NCBI GenBank assembly: GCA_965231825.1
Contig: OZ246889.1
Location: 2,319,443-2,383,442 of the forward strand
From: Acidobacteriota bacterium
GTDB taxonomy: Bacteria; Acidobacteriota; UBA6911; RPQK01; JAJDTT01
DNA length: 64,000 nt
Reading direction: 5' to 3'
Part shown: positions 19,757-28,545 of the stretch, piece by piece
How the letters are laid out: each line of letters starts with the position of its first letter
How positions within the stretch are numbered: position 1 is the first letter of the stretch
Notes under the pieces: model-generated
Database searches by the model: none
Told to the model about the DNA's origin: nothing
The model's input: only the letters and a program-made list of their open reading frames with translations
Made by a program: the position numbers and the translations under genes

Positions 19757-20755
19757 ATGGACGTGCAGATCAGCCGCCGCCTCACTCTGAAAGACATTTT
19801 CCTCCTGGTGAAATCGGATCTCGCCGAGGTGGAGATCCGACTCGATTCGGAGATCCAAAGCGCGATTCCATTGGTCAACGACATCAACCGCTATCTGCAC
19901 ACGAGCGGCGGCAAACGGCTTCGGCCGGCGGTTCTGCTGCTGGCGTCCAAGCTCTGCGGGGCCCGTACCGAAGCGGCGCTTCGGCTGAGCGTGGTCGTGG
20001 AGTTGATCCACGTGGCCACCCTGGTCCACGACGACATCATCGACAACAGCGACGTCCGCCGGGGACGGCCCTCGGTCAACGCCAAGTGGGGCAATCAAAC
20101 TACGGTCCTCATGGGGGACTGGCTCTACATGACCTCCTTCCAGATTGCCATGAAGGAGCGGTCGATGAGGATTTTGGACATCCTCATCGACATCACCCGC
20201 AAGATGGTGGAGGGGGAACTCCTGCAGTTGGAGCAGGAGGGGCGCATGGACGTCACCGAGCGACAGCAGTTGGAGATCAGTCTCTACAAGACGGCCTACC
20301 TTTTCTCCGGTTGCGGCCGCCTGGGAGCGATTCTGGGGAACATGGATCCGGCCCGGGAGGAGGGTCTCGCTCTCTACGGCCGGTCCCTGGGTTTGGCCTT
20401 CCAACTGGTGGACGACCAGCTCGACTATACCTCCGCCCAGAAGGACATGGGCAAGCCGGTCCTCAAGGACCTGGAAGAGGGGAAGATGACGCTCCCCATC
20501 ATCTTCATGCTGCAGCGGGCCCAGCGCGCCGAGACGGACTTTGTCCGGCAGGTGATTCGCCAGCACGATTTCACCGATGCCAACAAGCAGGAGATCCTGA
20601 GCCTGGTCTGGAAGTACGGAGCTTTGGATGAACTGAAGCTGCGAGCCCAGACCTACGCCCAGCAAGCCAAGGAAGCGCTTGCGGTCTTTCCCGATTCCAT
20701 CTACCGGGACGCCCTCCTCCAGGTGCCCGACTTCGTCCTGAATCGAAACAACTGA
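19757..20755 (+). CDS. Polyprenyl diphosphate synthase (IspB/HepT-like, trans-IPPS)
   Basis: First DDxxD (LVHDDIIDNSDVRRG) and second DDxxD (FQLVDDQLD) motifs. 332 aa. Confidence 0.9.
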   Translation: MDVQISRRLTLKDIFLLVKSDLAEVEIRLDSEIQSAIPLVNDINRYLHTSGGKRLRPAVLLLASKLCGARTEAALRLSVVVELIHVATLVHDDIIDNSDVRRGRPSVNAKWGNQTTVLMGDWLYMTSFQIAMKERSMRILDILIDITRKMVEGELLQLEQEGRMDVTERQQLEISLYKTAYLFSGCGRLGAILGNMDPAREEGLALYGRSLGLAFQLVDDQLDYTSAQKDMGKPVLKDLEEGKMTLPIIFMLQRAQRAETDFVRQVIRQHDFTDANKQEILSLVWKYGALDELKLRAQTYAQQAKEALAVFPDSIYRDALLQVPDFVLNRNN

Positions 20756-20784
20756 GGAGGGGCGACAGTCTTGCCCCCCTTTTC
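20756..20784 (+). terminator. Probable rho-independent terminator after the polyprenyl synthase gene
   Basis: GGAGGGGC-gacagtctt-GCCCCCC stem-loop followed by TTTT (20780-20783), immediately after the stop at 20755. Confidence 0.45.
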
Positions 20785-20897
20785 ATAACCGGCCGGGAAC
20801 CGGCGGCTGGGCGGTCCGCACCCCAAAATCCCCTTTTTTCTGCCAGGATTGTGCGTGGCCACAGACGGTGGGAGAGCTCTTCATGTCCTTCTGTTTC

Positions 20898-23246
20898 TCA
20901 GAAAGACGGTGCGGGAATGTCCTCCACCATGATGTTCGGTAGCGGTTCCGGTTCCGGCTTGGGTGTCTCAGACGCCTCTGAGCCTTCTTCTCCAGAATCT
21001 CTTTCTCCGGAGTCCCGTTCATCGGGGACCGCCTCTTCCACCGGTGCAGGAGCTGAAGTGGTCCGGCGGGCGGCGTAGAGTTCCGTCCCGAAGTTTCCCG
21101 GCGGAGTCTTGTCCACGGTCTCCTTCATGAAATCGATCCAGATGGGCAGGGCCAGGGTGCTGCCGTAGACTCTTTTACCCATCGACACCTTGGTGTCATG
21201 TCCCACCCACACGCCGGCGGTCAGCAGCTTGCTGAATCCCACGAACCAGCTGTCGGTACAGTCGTTGGTGGTGCCCGTCTTCCCGGCGACGGGAATGGGC
21301 AGGCTCCGGGCCTTGCGGCCGGTCCCAGTGAGGACCGCGTTTCTCAACAGGTCTACAAGCGCCTCGGCGGTTTTCGGCTTGACGACCTCGTCCACGCCGG
21401 CCTCGTGGCGTTCCAGAAGAACGCCATTCGAGTCCTCCACGCGGTCGATGAAATAGGGGTGGATCCGGACCCCGCCGTTGGGGAAGACGCTGAAGGCGGA
21501 CGTGATCTCCTCCAGCGTGACCTCGCCCGCTCCCAGCGCGGTGGGGAGATAGAGTGGGATTTCCCGGTCGATTCCGAACCGGTGCGCCACTTCGACGACT
21601 CTCTCGACGCCCATGGCGTTGGCCAGACGGAGCGTGGGGACGTTACGGGATTCCGCCAAGGCCTGACGGATGGGGATGCGGCCCTTGTATTTCTCGTCCG
21701 CGTTCTGGGGCCGGTAGGGGCGGCCCAGGCCGTCCAGAAACTGCACCGGGCTGTCCAGGACCGTGTCCTCGGGCGAATAACCGTTTTCCACCGCGGCCAC
21801 GTAGGTGAAGGGCTTGAAGACGGAACCGGGTTGCCTCTCAGCCTGGGTGGCTCGATTGAACTTGCTGTATCGAAAGTCGAACCCCCCAACCATGGCGCGA
21901 ATGGCGCCGGTCCTGCTCTCGATGGCCATCAGCGCCCCCTGGACCTCGGGAACCCGGTCCAGCTTCACTTCGACGGTCCGTTCCTCGCGGTTGATGCTCT
22001 CCAGGGTAAAGGCGCAGACGTCACCTGTCTTGAAGACCTGGTCCAGTCTTTTCTTTCGGGTCCAGTCCACATGCTCGGGCCGGACCGTGGCCCGGTAGCT
22101 GCCGACCTTCACCTCCGCCGTACGCTCATTCGATCGAAGGACGAGGCCGTGAACCATCTGGCCGGGAGAGAAGATCGTGTCCCAGTCGGAACGCCAATAT
22201 CCGTCCAACTTCTTCCCGGCCTCGAGGAGATTCTCTTTGGCGCCGCGCCATCTTCGCCGCTTCTTGTCGAACGCCTTCAATCCGTCACGAAGGGCCCTTT
22301 CTGCTGCCGTCTGAAGGTCGTAGTCCAGAGTCGTGTAAATCTTCAGACCTCTCGTGTGGATCTCCCCGCCGGGGTACCGTTTCTCCAGGTACTGGCGCAC
22401 CCATTCCACGAAATAGGGGGCCGATGCCTGTTGCCGGCCAAATGTCTTCAGGTCCAAGGGCGCCTGCATACTGACTCGCAGCGTCTCCGCGCCGATGAGG
22501 CCCTCCTCGTAGGTCCGCTCCAGCACCCAGTTTCTCCGTTTCAAGGCCCGTTCGGGATGATTGATGGGGGAATATCCTGCGGGATTCGGAAACACGCTGG
22601 CCAGCAGGGCCGCCTCATGCCACTCCAGTTCGTCCATGGTCTTCTGGAAGTAGAACTCGGAAGCGGCCGCCAGTCCGTATCTGCCGTGCCCCATGTACAT
22701 CTGGTTGACGTAGCGGGTGAAGATCTGCTCCTTGGACAGGGTGCGCTCGATCTGGATGGCGAAGATCATGTCCTTGATCTTGCGCATGATCGTCACCTCG
22801 GGACTGGTCAGCAGCAGTTTGCTCAACTGCATGGTGATGGTGGAGGCGCCTTTTCGTTCTCCGTAGGCGATGTTCCGGAAGATTTGGTAGATGAGGCGGG
22901 GGAAGTCGATGCCGGCGTGCCGAAAGAAGTCCGAGTCCTCGGCCGCCAGGATCGTATTCTTCACCGTGTCCGGAATCTTGTCGTAGGTGACGATCTGCCT
23001 CTTTTCCAATGCGTAAATCCCCAGCACCCGCCCGTCCGCCGAATAGACCTCGGAGATGACGTCCGGCCGGGACTGCTGCATTTCCCAGATCTGGGGCAGT
23101 TCAAAGCCCCAGGTGAGGGTCAAGCCGGTGAGGGACCCGGTTACCGCCGCCGCGATGATCAGAACGGCGCAGGTCGCCCAGACCAGAAATCTGCGCCGGC
23201 GGGGAGACGGCTTCTTGCGGGAGGAGGGTCGTTTTCGAGGGGGCAC
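20898..23246 (-). CDS. mrcA: Bifunctional penicillin-binding protein 1A (GT51 transglycosylase + transpeptidase)
   Basis: N-terminal TM, then the GT51 motifs (ILAAEDSDFFRHAGID, RKGASTITMQL). Transpeptidase domain with SxxK/KTGT motifs. Acidic low-complexity C-terminal tail. Confidence 0.9.
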   Translation of the reverse strand: MPPRKRPSSRKKPSPRRRRFLVWATCAVLIIAAAVTGSLTGLTLTWGFELPQIWEMQQSRPDVISEVYSADGRVLGIYALEKRQIVTYDKIPDTVKNTILAAEDSDFFRHAGIDFPRLIYQIFRNIAYGERKGASTITMQLSKLLLTSPEVTIMRKIKDMIFAIQIERTLSKEQIFTRYVNQMYMGHGRYGLAAASEFYFQKTMDELEWHEAALLASVFPNPAGYSPINHPERALKRRNWVLERTYEEGLIGAETLRVSMQAPLDLKTFGRQQASAPYFVEWVRQYLEKRYPGGEIHTRGLKIYTTLDYDLQTAAERALRDGLKAFDKKRRRWRGAKENLLEAGKKLDGYWRSDWDTIFSPGQMVHGLVLRSNERTAEVKVGSYRATVRPEHVDWTRKKRLDQVFKTGDVCAFTLESINREERTVEVKLDRVPEVQGALMAIESRTGAIRAMVGGFDFRYSKFNRATQAERQPGSVFKPFTYVAAVENGYSPEDTVLDSPVQFLDGLGRPYRPQNADEKYKGRIPIRQALAESRNVPTLRLANAMGVERVVEVAHRFGIDREIPLYLPTALGAGEVTLEEITSAFSVFPNGGVRIHPYFIDRVEDSNGVLLERHEAGVDEVVKPKTAEALVDLLRNAVLTGTGRKARSLPIPVAGKTGTTNDCTDSWFVGFSKLLTAGVWVGHDTKVSMGKRVYGSTLALPIWIDFMKETVDKTPPGNFGTELYAARRTTSAPAPVEEAVPDERDSGERDSGEEGSEASETPKPEPEPLPNIMVEDIPAPSF

Positions 23247-23402
23247 AACTGCATTCTACACGACTGGCCCTGTCAGTAACGGGACGGGCGAGTCGGCCGG
23301 GATGTCGGAACGATTGAGTTGACCGAATCCTGATTCACAGCTTTCCCACAGCCGGTCAACAGCATTCCGACAGGCATTGCACAACTGTTCTTCGGACGGG
23401 TC

Positions 23403-24509
23403 TCACTTCGACGCGAAGCGTGTGGCGACGTACTTCCCGGCATCGTTCTCGCTGAGCCGCACCGTGCCCGGGCCGCTCCGGACGTAGAGATCGCCCTTCC
23501 CGGCCTTCTCCAGGCTTTTCCATCGCAAGTAGACCGGCTCGGGACTTCGCTGGCAGCTCACCAGGCAAACGGTCTTGCCCTCCACAATCTGCATCCTGGG
23601 ATCGATGCAGGTGCCGGCCCGGTCGCCGAGTCCGTTGCGCACCACCTGGGCCAGGTGCAGCATGAACTTGTCGTCGGTCTCCAGGCGGTCATGCGCGATG
23701 CCCAGCACCTTGCGGTCGTCGTCCACGCCGATCAGGAGGTCCCCCCCTTCGGTGTTGAGGAATGCGGCAACGGTCTTGAGCGCCGCATGGGTCACGTGCT
23801 TGGGGTCCTTTCGATCCTCCTTCAGGTTCCAGCGGAGGCTCGACTTGAACTCCAGTGTCTTCGACTCCTGGTGCTTTAGCAATTCCTCCGCTCGCCGGTG
23901 CCGCCTGATGTAGTCGTCGAAGAGGAAGTTCTTGAGCGCCTGGCCGAAGTCGGGGTCGTCGGTGATCCGCTTGTAGAGGTCGAAGTTGGTCTCGACGATC
24001 TCCTGGATCTTGTCTTCCACCTTGGGGTCGAACGTCAGCCGCACGTTCTCGCGGGTGTTCACCCGGGCGCTGGCATCGAGGCCCGTGTCCCGGTCCAGGG
24101 CGGACCGGATCTGTTCCAGCGTCACGCGGTGTTCGCTGCCCAGGTTCAGACCGAAGAGCTCCAGGGGCTTGGGCTTCGGAGTGGCCGTGAAGGCGAACGT
24201 CGAGAGGTTGGGGAGCCGGCCGAGAAAACGCGGTTTCACATCGGTCCCATGGTGCTGCTTGAGCTTCTCCCACTTCTTCGGCTGGGTGGCTAGGAGGAAG
24301 TCGAGGACGTCGGCCGGGATCATGCAGAGCCTGCGGTCGTAGGCTTCGGGACGCCGCTTGTGGTAGCCGCCCGGCAAGGGATCATTGCCATATGCCTGCT
24401 GCGATTCCCTCACTGTCGTCGCGTCGCCCGGGCACGCGTCGGGCCCGTAACGCAGCAGCGCGCACTCTATCGCTTCCTCGAAGGCCCGCTCGGATACCTC
24501 CGAGCTCAC
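23403..24509 (-). CDS. Collapsed HsdR-like protein: HsdR N-terminal segment + relic TATP motif + C-terminal AlbA_2/Schlafen-like putative DNA-binding domain
   Basis: The N-terminus SERAFEEAIECALLRYGP...YDRRLCMIPADVLDFLLATQPKKWEKL resembles type I R-subunit N-termini. No PD-(D/E)xK nuclease core and no DEAD/helicase motifs I-II; only FAFTATP remains. The C-terminus ESKTLEFKSSL...TVAAFLNTEGGDLLIGVDDDRKVLGI matches the AlbA_2 domain. The ATG overlaps the hsdS stop (ATGA at 24506-24509). Confidence 0.6.
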   Translation of the reverse strand: MSSEVSERAFEEAIECALLRYGPDACPGDATTVRESQQAYGNDPLPGGYHKRRPEAYDRRLCMIPADVLDFLLATQPKKWEKLKQHHGTDVKPRFLGRLPNLSTFAFTATPKPKPLELFGLNLGSEHRVTLEQIRSALDRDTGLDASARVNTRENVRLTFDPKVEDKIQEIVETNFDLYKRITDDPDFGQALKNFLFDDYIRRHRRAEELLKHQESKTLEFKSSLRWNLKEDRKDPKHVTHAALKTVAAFLNTEGGDLLIGVDDDRKVLGIAHDRLETDDKFMLHLAQVVRNGLGDRAGTCIDPRMQIVEGKTVCLVSCQRSPEPVYLRWKSLEKAGKGDLYVRSGPGTVRLSENDAGKYVATRFASK

Positions 24510-25933
24510 GCGGTCTCCTTCCGGATGTCGATCTTGCCCGTGACAGCCGCAGAGATCAGGGCGGTGCGGAATTCTTTGAGGTGGACGATGGCTTGGCGTA
24601 CCTTCGCGATAAGAGTGTCGACTCTTGCCTTCTCATGAGCCAAGAAAGTTATGGTCGATGTTTGCTCTTTTACCGGCGGAATATTCAGCCAGACTTCTCG
24701 TAGCGAGTCCGAGTAGATGACGTCAATAGTGGTTGCATTGCTCATGAATCGTAGTTGATCGAGCACGATAGAGCATTCCTCGATCTGAATTTCGAGGAAG
24801 CGAGTTAAGATCCGGCGCCGGTCTGGTCGGACCCTCATCAAGCAAGGATGCAGAACGCCCCGCTCGGCCCCATCCGGCAGGATTGCACATCGCCCGATCG
24901 AGCCTTGCGTGGTGATCAATAAGTCACCAGGGAGGACCACAAATGCTCTGAGTTCTGCGAACTTCTCAAGCGAGACGTAGTTTTCACCACTCGAAAAGTC
25001 TCGATCAATCACGCTTCTTTGGTTGTATACCTTAATTTCGCCGGCCTGCATTTCAGAACTCTTGAGCTGACTTCCAAACGGCCCTGTCTTGATAGAGTCC
25101 TTGCTTGCTCTGAGGACGTGTTTCAGTTGCTTCACGTCCCAATGGGCCGGGGTCTGTCCCAACCACTCGATGCCGGAGTCCTTCATGGGGACGTTCGGGT
25201 CGAGGCCCCGGGTGATGGCCCGGGTGATGAGGGCGCTGCGTTTCTCCTGAAGCAACTCGATCAGCCGCTCCTTCCTCGCCACCAGCGCATCGATCCTTTC
25301 CGTTTCGCGGTCGAGGAATTTGACAATGGCGCGTTGTTCGTCTGACGGCGCCATCGGTAAGAGAATGGCTCCAAGAATAGAACCATTCAGATTCCCGAGC
25401 CCAGTTGTGGTTGACGAGAGGAAAATAAGCTGCTCGCGCGCAACCGGGCAGTTCATCAAATACCAGAAGAACCGGGGTAGGTGTTCGGCCGAGACCCTCA
25501 GGCGCTGCATGAAATTGGAGTAGCAGCAGTTCAGGGCTGCAATTGCTTCATCGACAACGGAGGTCTTCCCGATATGGTGTGTGCTTCCACTCGACTTCGC
25601 CACGAGCAGATCTCCCAATAACAGCTTGGCATAGGTCGCTTCGCGAGCGCTGAGTCGCCTTTGAGCTGGTTCTGTAATCCTCCACGCGCCACGCTTGGTT
25701 TGGTCGGTAGACCGCAGGACGATGGTTCCGTCGGCATCGAAGTCTTCACCCCAAACACCGCTGTCATTGCGAACCAGTGACGCCTTAAATGGCTTTGGGT
25801 TCCAATGTGCCGGAATCTTGCCTAGCCACTCGACGCCGGAGTCCCTGTACTTCGAGTAGGAAGGAAAGGGCCGTCGTTGAAGTTCGTCGATCCGATCATT
25901 TCCTTCGGTCACGCGGTCGGTCGCCTCAGTCAC
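24506..25933 (-). CDS. hsdS: Type I restriction-modification specificity subunit HsdS
   Basis: Two target-recognition domains, each preceded by the repeat DSGVEWLG.IPAHW (aa ~45 and ~265). Conserved central and C-terminal coiled regions. TRD DNA is visibly lower in GC. Likely GTG start at 25933 with a GGGAGG RBS; the ATG at 25981 is also possible. Confidence 0.9.
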   Translation of the reverse strand: MTEATDRVTEGNDRIDELQRRPFPSYSKYRDSGVEWLGKIPAHWNPKPFKASLVRNDSGVWGEDFDADGTIVLRSTDQTKRGAWRITEPAQRRLSAREATYAKLLLGDLLVAKSSGSTHHIGKTSVVDEAIAALNCCYSNFMQRLRVSAEHLPRFFWYLMNCPVAREQLIFLSSTTTGLGNLNGSILGAILLPMAPSDEQRAIVKFLDRETERIDALVARKERLIELLQEKRSALITRAITRGLDPNVPMKDSGIEWLGQTPAHWDVKQLKHVLRASKDSIKTGPFGSQLKSSEMQAGEIKVYNQRSVIDRDFSSGENYVSLEKFAELRAFVVLPGDLLITTQGSIGRCAILPDGAERGVLHPCLMRVRPDRRRILTRFLEIQIEECSIVLDQLRFMSNATTIDVIYSDSLREVWLNIPPVKEQTSTITFLAHEKARVDTLIAKVRQAIVHLKEFRTALISAAVTGKIDIRKETA

Positions 25934-26144
25934 CGCTCCCGCCTCCCGTCCGTGCCCGAATCCCAGGCCGCCACGGTCCACCCGCGGGCCAGACCTGGAT
26001 GAACGGGCTCTCCGCGATCAGGCTGTCGCAGACCGGTCCCAGGAAACGGCGCAGCTCCTCACCGACGTCCACGAGGCGATCCGGCCCATCGATGTCGGTC
26101 CCGATCTGCCGCCGCATCTCGCGGATCGCCTTTCGAGGAGTCAT
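25926..26144 (-). CDS. Small hypothetical ORF (72 aa) translationally coupled between abiEi-A and hsdS
   Basis: Its ATG overlaps the abiEi-A stop (ATGA at 26141-26144). Its stop overlaps the proposed hsdS GTG start (GTGACTGA). High-GC, Arg/Gly-rich, no recognisable domain. May be a non-functional relic (for example the stub of a deleted abiEii). Confidence 0.3.
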   Translation of the reverse strand: MTPRKAIREMRRQIGTDIDGPDRLVDVGEELRRFLGPVCDSLIAESPFIQVWPAGGPWRPGIRARTGGGSGD

Positions 26145-26797
26145 GCTGTCAGCACATCGAGTACCGGACCGACGAGCGACTTTGCTCGGCACACGTCGGC
26201 GGCCCGCCAGATCTGGTCGACGCTCGCCTTGCGGTCGCGCAGGGCGTCGCTTAGCGCCTCGATCGCGATGTCCTTGCCGACCAGCCGCCGGAAGCGGAAG
26301 CAGTCCACCACGGTGCGGGCCGGGCTCGTGATACGGACGGGGACCCCCTCGAAGGTCGCGTTCACGACGCCGTAGCGCAGCCTGACCCCGGAGAATCGCA
26401 CCACTCGGATCGGCAGCCCGGGCAGGCGGGGCGTGCGGGCCTTGTGCGGAATGGCGATCCAGACCTCGTGTGGGAGCTGCGTGCCGATCCCGTAGACGCT
26501 CAGGGCCGTCAGCAGGCAGACTACGGCGCTCGGGACCCGGGCGCACACGGCGGCCCGGGTGTAGTGCTCTGTCGGTTCCACGTGGGCGAGGCGGTAGAGC
26601 CCGCGCGCCACTCGCTCGACCGAACCGTCATCCACCAGGCGCCGGAGCGCACGTGAGTGGACGCCCAGAGCGGCCGCGTCGCGCGAACGGAAGAAGGTCT
26701 TGGAGCCGAGCCGCTGCAGGCTAGAGTCACCTGTCGGGGAATATCGCACTGAAATGTCGCCAGATGAATTCAGTTGTTTACCTTTCGATTCATGCAT
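26141..26797 (-). CDS. AbiEi-family (COG5340) antitoxin-like transcriptional regulator, copy A
   Basis: wHTH ..VARGLYRL.., then VVCLLTALSVYGIGTQLPHEVWIAIPHKAR...IRVVRFSG...GVPVRITSPARTVVDCFRFRR.VGKDIAIEAL. Same architecture as AbiEi. Confidence 0.7.
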   Translation of the reverse strand: MHESKGKQLNSSGDISVRYSPTGDSSLQRLGSKTFFRSRDAAALGVHSRALRRLVDDGSVERVARGLYRLAHVEPTEHYTRAAVCARVPSAVVCLLTALSVYGIGTQLPHEVWIAIPHKARTPRLPGLPIRVVRFSGVRLRYGVVNATFEGVPVRITSPARTVVDCFRFRRLVGKDIAIEALSDALRDRKASVDQIWRAADVCRAKSLVGPVLDVLTA

Positions 26798-27010
26798 GCC
26801 ATGAATATAACCGGTGTGAGCTGTCTAGATCAAAATGTCGATAACCATTAATATTTGCCGTCATTATCAGTCATTGGCCGGTTGTCTCGGAAAACAGGGC
26901 CACAATTTCCGTCTCCAGGATGTTCGCCTCGGTCTCCTCACCGGTCTCGCGACTGCGGGCGAGCAGCCGGTCGCGGACGGACGCCGAGATGTTCTTGAGC
27001 GGACGTGTCC

Positions 27011-27612
27011 TCACGACAGAACCGCTTCCATGTACGGCTGCAGGACCGTGCGCGCCCGGCAGACGCTGGCTGCGCGCATGATCTCATCCGGGGTGGCGAG
27101 CCGTTGGCGCAGCACGTCCCGGAGGGCCTCCAGGGCGGTGTCGAGGCCTAACTTGTTGCGGTACCGGAAGCAGTCGACGACCGTCCGGGCCGGCGATGTG
27201 ATGGCAACCGGCACGCCGAGCATTGGGCGGCGGCCGATCCCGTATGTGAGCATCGCCTTCGAGAACCAGACGACCCGAACCTGCGCCGGCACTCGGGCGG
27301 GGCGGCGCGCCTTGCGGTTGATGGCGATCCAGACCTCGTGAGGGGATTCAGTACCGATCTCGTAAACGCGGAGCGCGGTCATCAGGCAGACGATGGCGTG
27401 CGGCACGGCAGCAGCTACCATGGCGACCGTCTCCAGTTCCGTCGGCTCGACCTCGGCCAGCCGGTAAGGGCCGCCGCCGAGGTTCTCAACGGCTCCGGTC
27501 GCAACGAGTCCGCGGAGGCGACGGTAAGGGACACCGAACGGCTCGATGTCTCGCGGCCGGAAAAAGGCACCAATGCCGGCTGCTTCGAGCGCGGCCGCAG
27601 TGAGTTCAGCCA
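27011..27612 (-). CDS. AbiEi-family (COG5340) antitoxin-like transcriptional regulator, copy B
   Basis: About 55% identical to copy A (..GGGPYRLAEVEPTE..IVCLMTALRVYEIGTESPHEVWIAINRKAR..VRVVWFSK..VAITSPARTVVDCFRYRNKLGLDTALEAL..PYMEAVLS). Start taken at ATG 27612 (MAELTAAAL). The track start at 27733 would run through the upstream operator. Confidence 0.7.
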
Positions 27613-27628
27613 TGGATGTATAGTAATT

Positions 27629-27658
27629 TATGTCGGCATATAGGTAATAGTGCCGACA
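27629..27658 (-). promoter_or_regulatory. Perfect inverted repeat ATGTCGGCA-N12-TGCCGACAT just upstream of abiEi-B (candidate autoregulatory operator)
   Basis: Read directly: atgtcggcatataggtaatagtgccgacat, 9-bp arms, AT-rich spacer, within 20 nt of the ATG. Confidence 0.5.
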
Positions 27659-27729
27659 TTTTGTTCTTGCTTTGCTCAGGCCGCCATAGCCGTCGCTTCG
27701 CCTGTTTGCCGTCCAGGGCAGGCGGAGGT

Positions 27730-28158
27730 TCAAGGCGGGGCGAGCGGGTCGACACGCGTGACGGTGTCGATCTGATCGAAGTGCCGGTCTGCCGATAGCA
27801 GCCGATCGATGCCGTGGGCCTCCATCGTTGCGACGTGCAGGGCGTCCCGTGCCGGCAACCCGGGATGCTGCACCAGCAGTTCGACCGCACGGGCCGTCTG
27901 GGGTTCCGTCACCGGCAGGATCTCGTCGCAGATGTCAGTCACGGCCTGGTACACGGTCCGGGCGTCTTCGGGCCGCCTTCGGGGGGCGTGGTAGTGGAGG
28001 ATCTCCTGTAGGACTTCCGTGCTGGTGATCAACCTGGTCCCCTGCTCAGTCGCGGCCAGCAGAGCCCGTCGGCAGGCCTCCCGGTACTGGGCATCACTGC
28101 CCGCGAGGTACATGAACACGTTGGCGTCGACGAAAAGCGAGTCACGCACGCTCGTCAA
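27730..28158 (-). CDS. vapC: PIN-domain toxin VapC
   Basis: LFVDANVFMY..., TSTEVLQEIL, ARDALHVATMEAHGIDRLLSADRHFDQI: PIN-domain acidic residues. 4-nt overlap with the upstream antitoxin gene. Confidence 0.85.
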   Translation of the reverse strand: MTSVRDSLFVDANVFMYLAGSDAQYREACRRALLAATEQGTRLITSTEVLQEILHYHAPRRRPEDARTVYQAVTDICDEILPVTEPQTARAVELLVQHPGLPARDALHVATMEAHGIDRLLSADRHFDQIDTVTRVDPLAPP

Positions 28159-28460
28159 CTGTCCTCGTCACTCCCCAGACCTTCGCTGTTGTGGAGACAG
28201 TCGGTAGCCAGGCCGACCTTCAGCCGGCTGTACTGGCGCTCCCACTCCGGCAGCGATTTCGGCGCTGGGACCGCCCCCTTCGCGTACAGCCTGTCGATGG
28301 CCTCCAGTCGGCGTTGCTGCGCCTCCGGCAGAACGCAGTACTGCACGACGGCCTCCCGCACGACTGCGGCCAACTTCTTCCCTTCGCGTCGTGCAATTCG
28401 CGACACTGCCGCGTACGCTCTCGCATCGAGCGTCACTTGGACTCGCCGTGCACCTCCCAT
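28155..28460 (-). CDS. vapB: Antitoxin VapB (ribbon-helix-helix/CopG-like)
   Basis: MGGARRVQVTLDARAYAAVSRIARREGKKLAAVVREAV is an RHH N-terminus. Coupled to vapC. Start at internal ATG 28460, because the track start at 28481 lies within the promoter -10. Confidence 0.7.
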   Translation of the reverse strand: MGGARRVQVTLDARAYAAVSRIARREGKKLAAVVREAVVQYCVLPEAQQRRLEAIDRLYAKGAVPAPKSLPEWERQYSRLKVGLATDCLHNSEGLGSDEDS

Positions 28461-28461
28461 G

Positions 28462-28545
28462 GCCCGTGATCGTACAGACACATATGATTTGTGTCAACCA
28501 ATGTGACTCGATAAATTTGTGGTGTCAGATATGTGTCAACTCCTG
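28462..28545 (-). promoter_or_regulatory. Near-consensus sigma70 promoter plus direct-repeat operator for vapBC
   Basis: On the coding strand: GTTGACACA...GTTGACACAaatcatatgtgtctgTACGATcacgggccATG. The -35 TTGACA (28492-28497), a 17-nt spacer and the -10 TACGAT (28469-28474) imply a leaderless or very short-leader transcript. GTTGACACA occurs twice (28492-28500 and 28534-28542). Confidence 0.45.
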
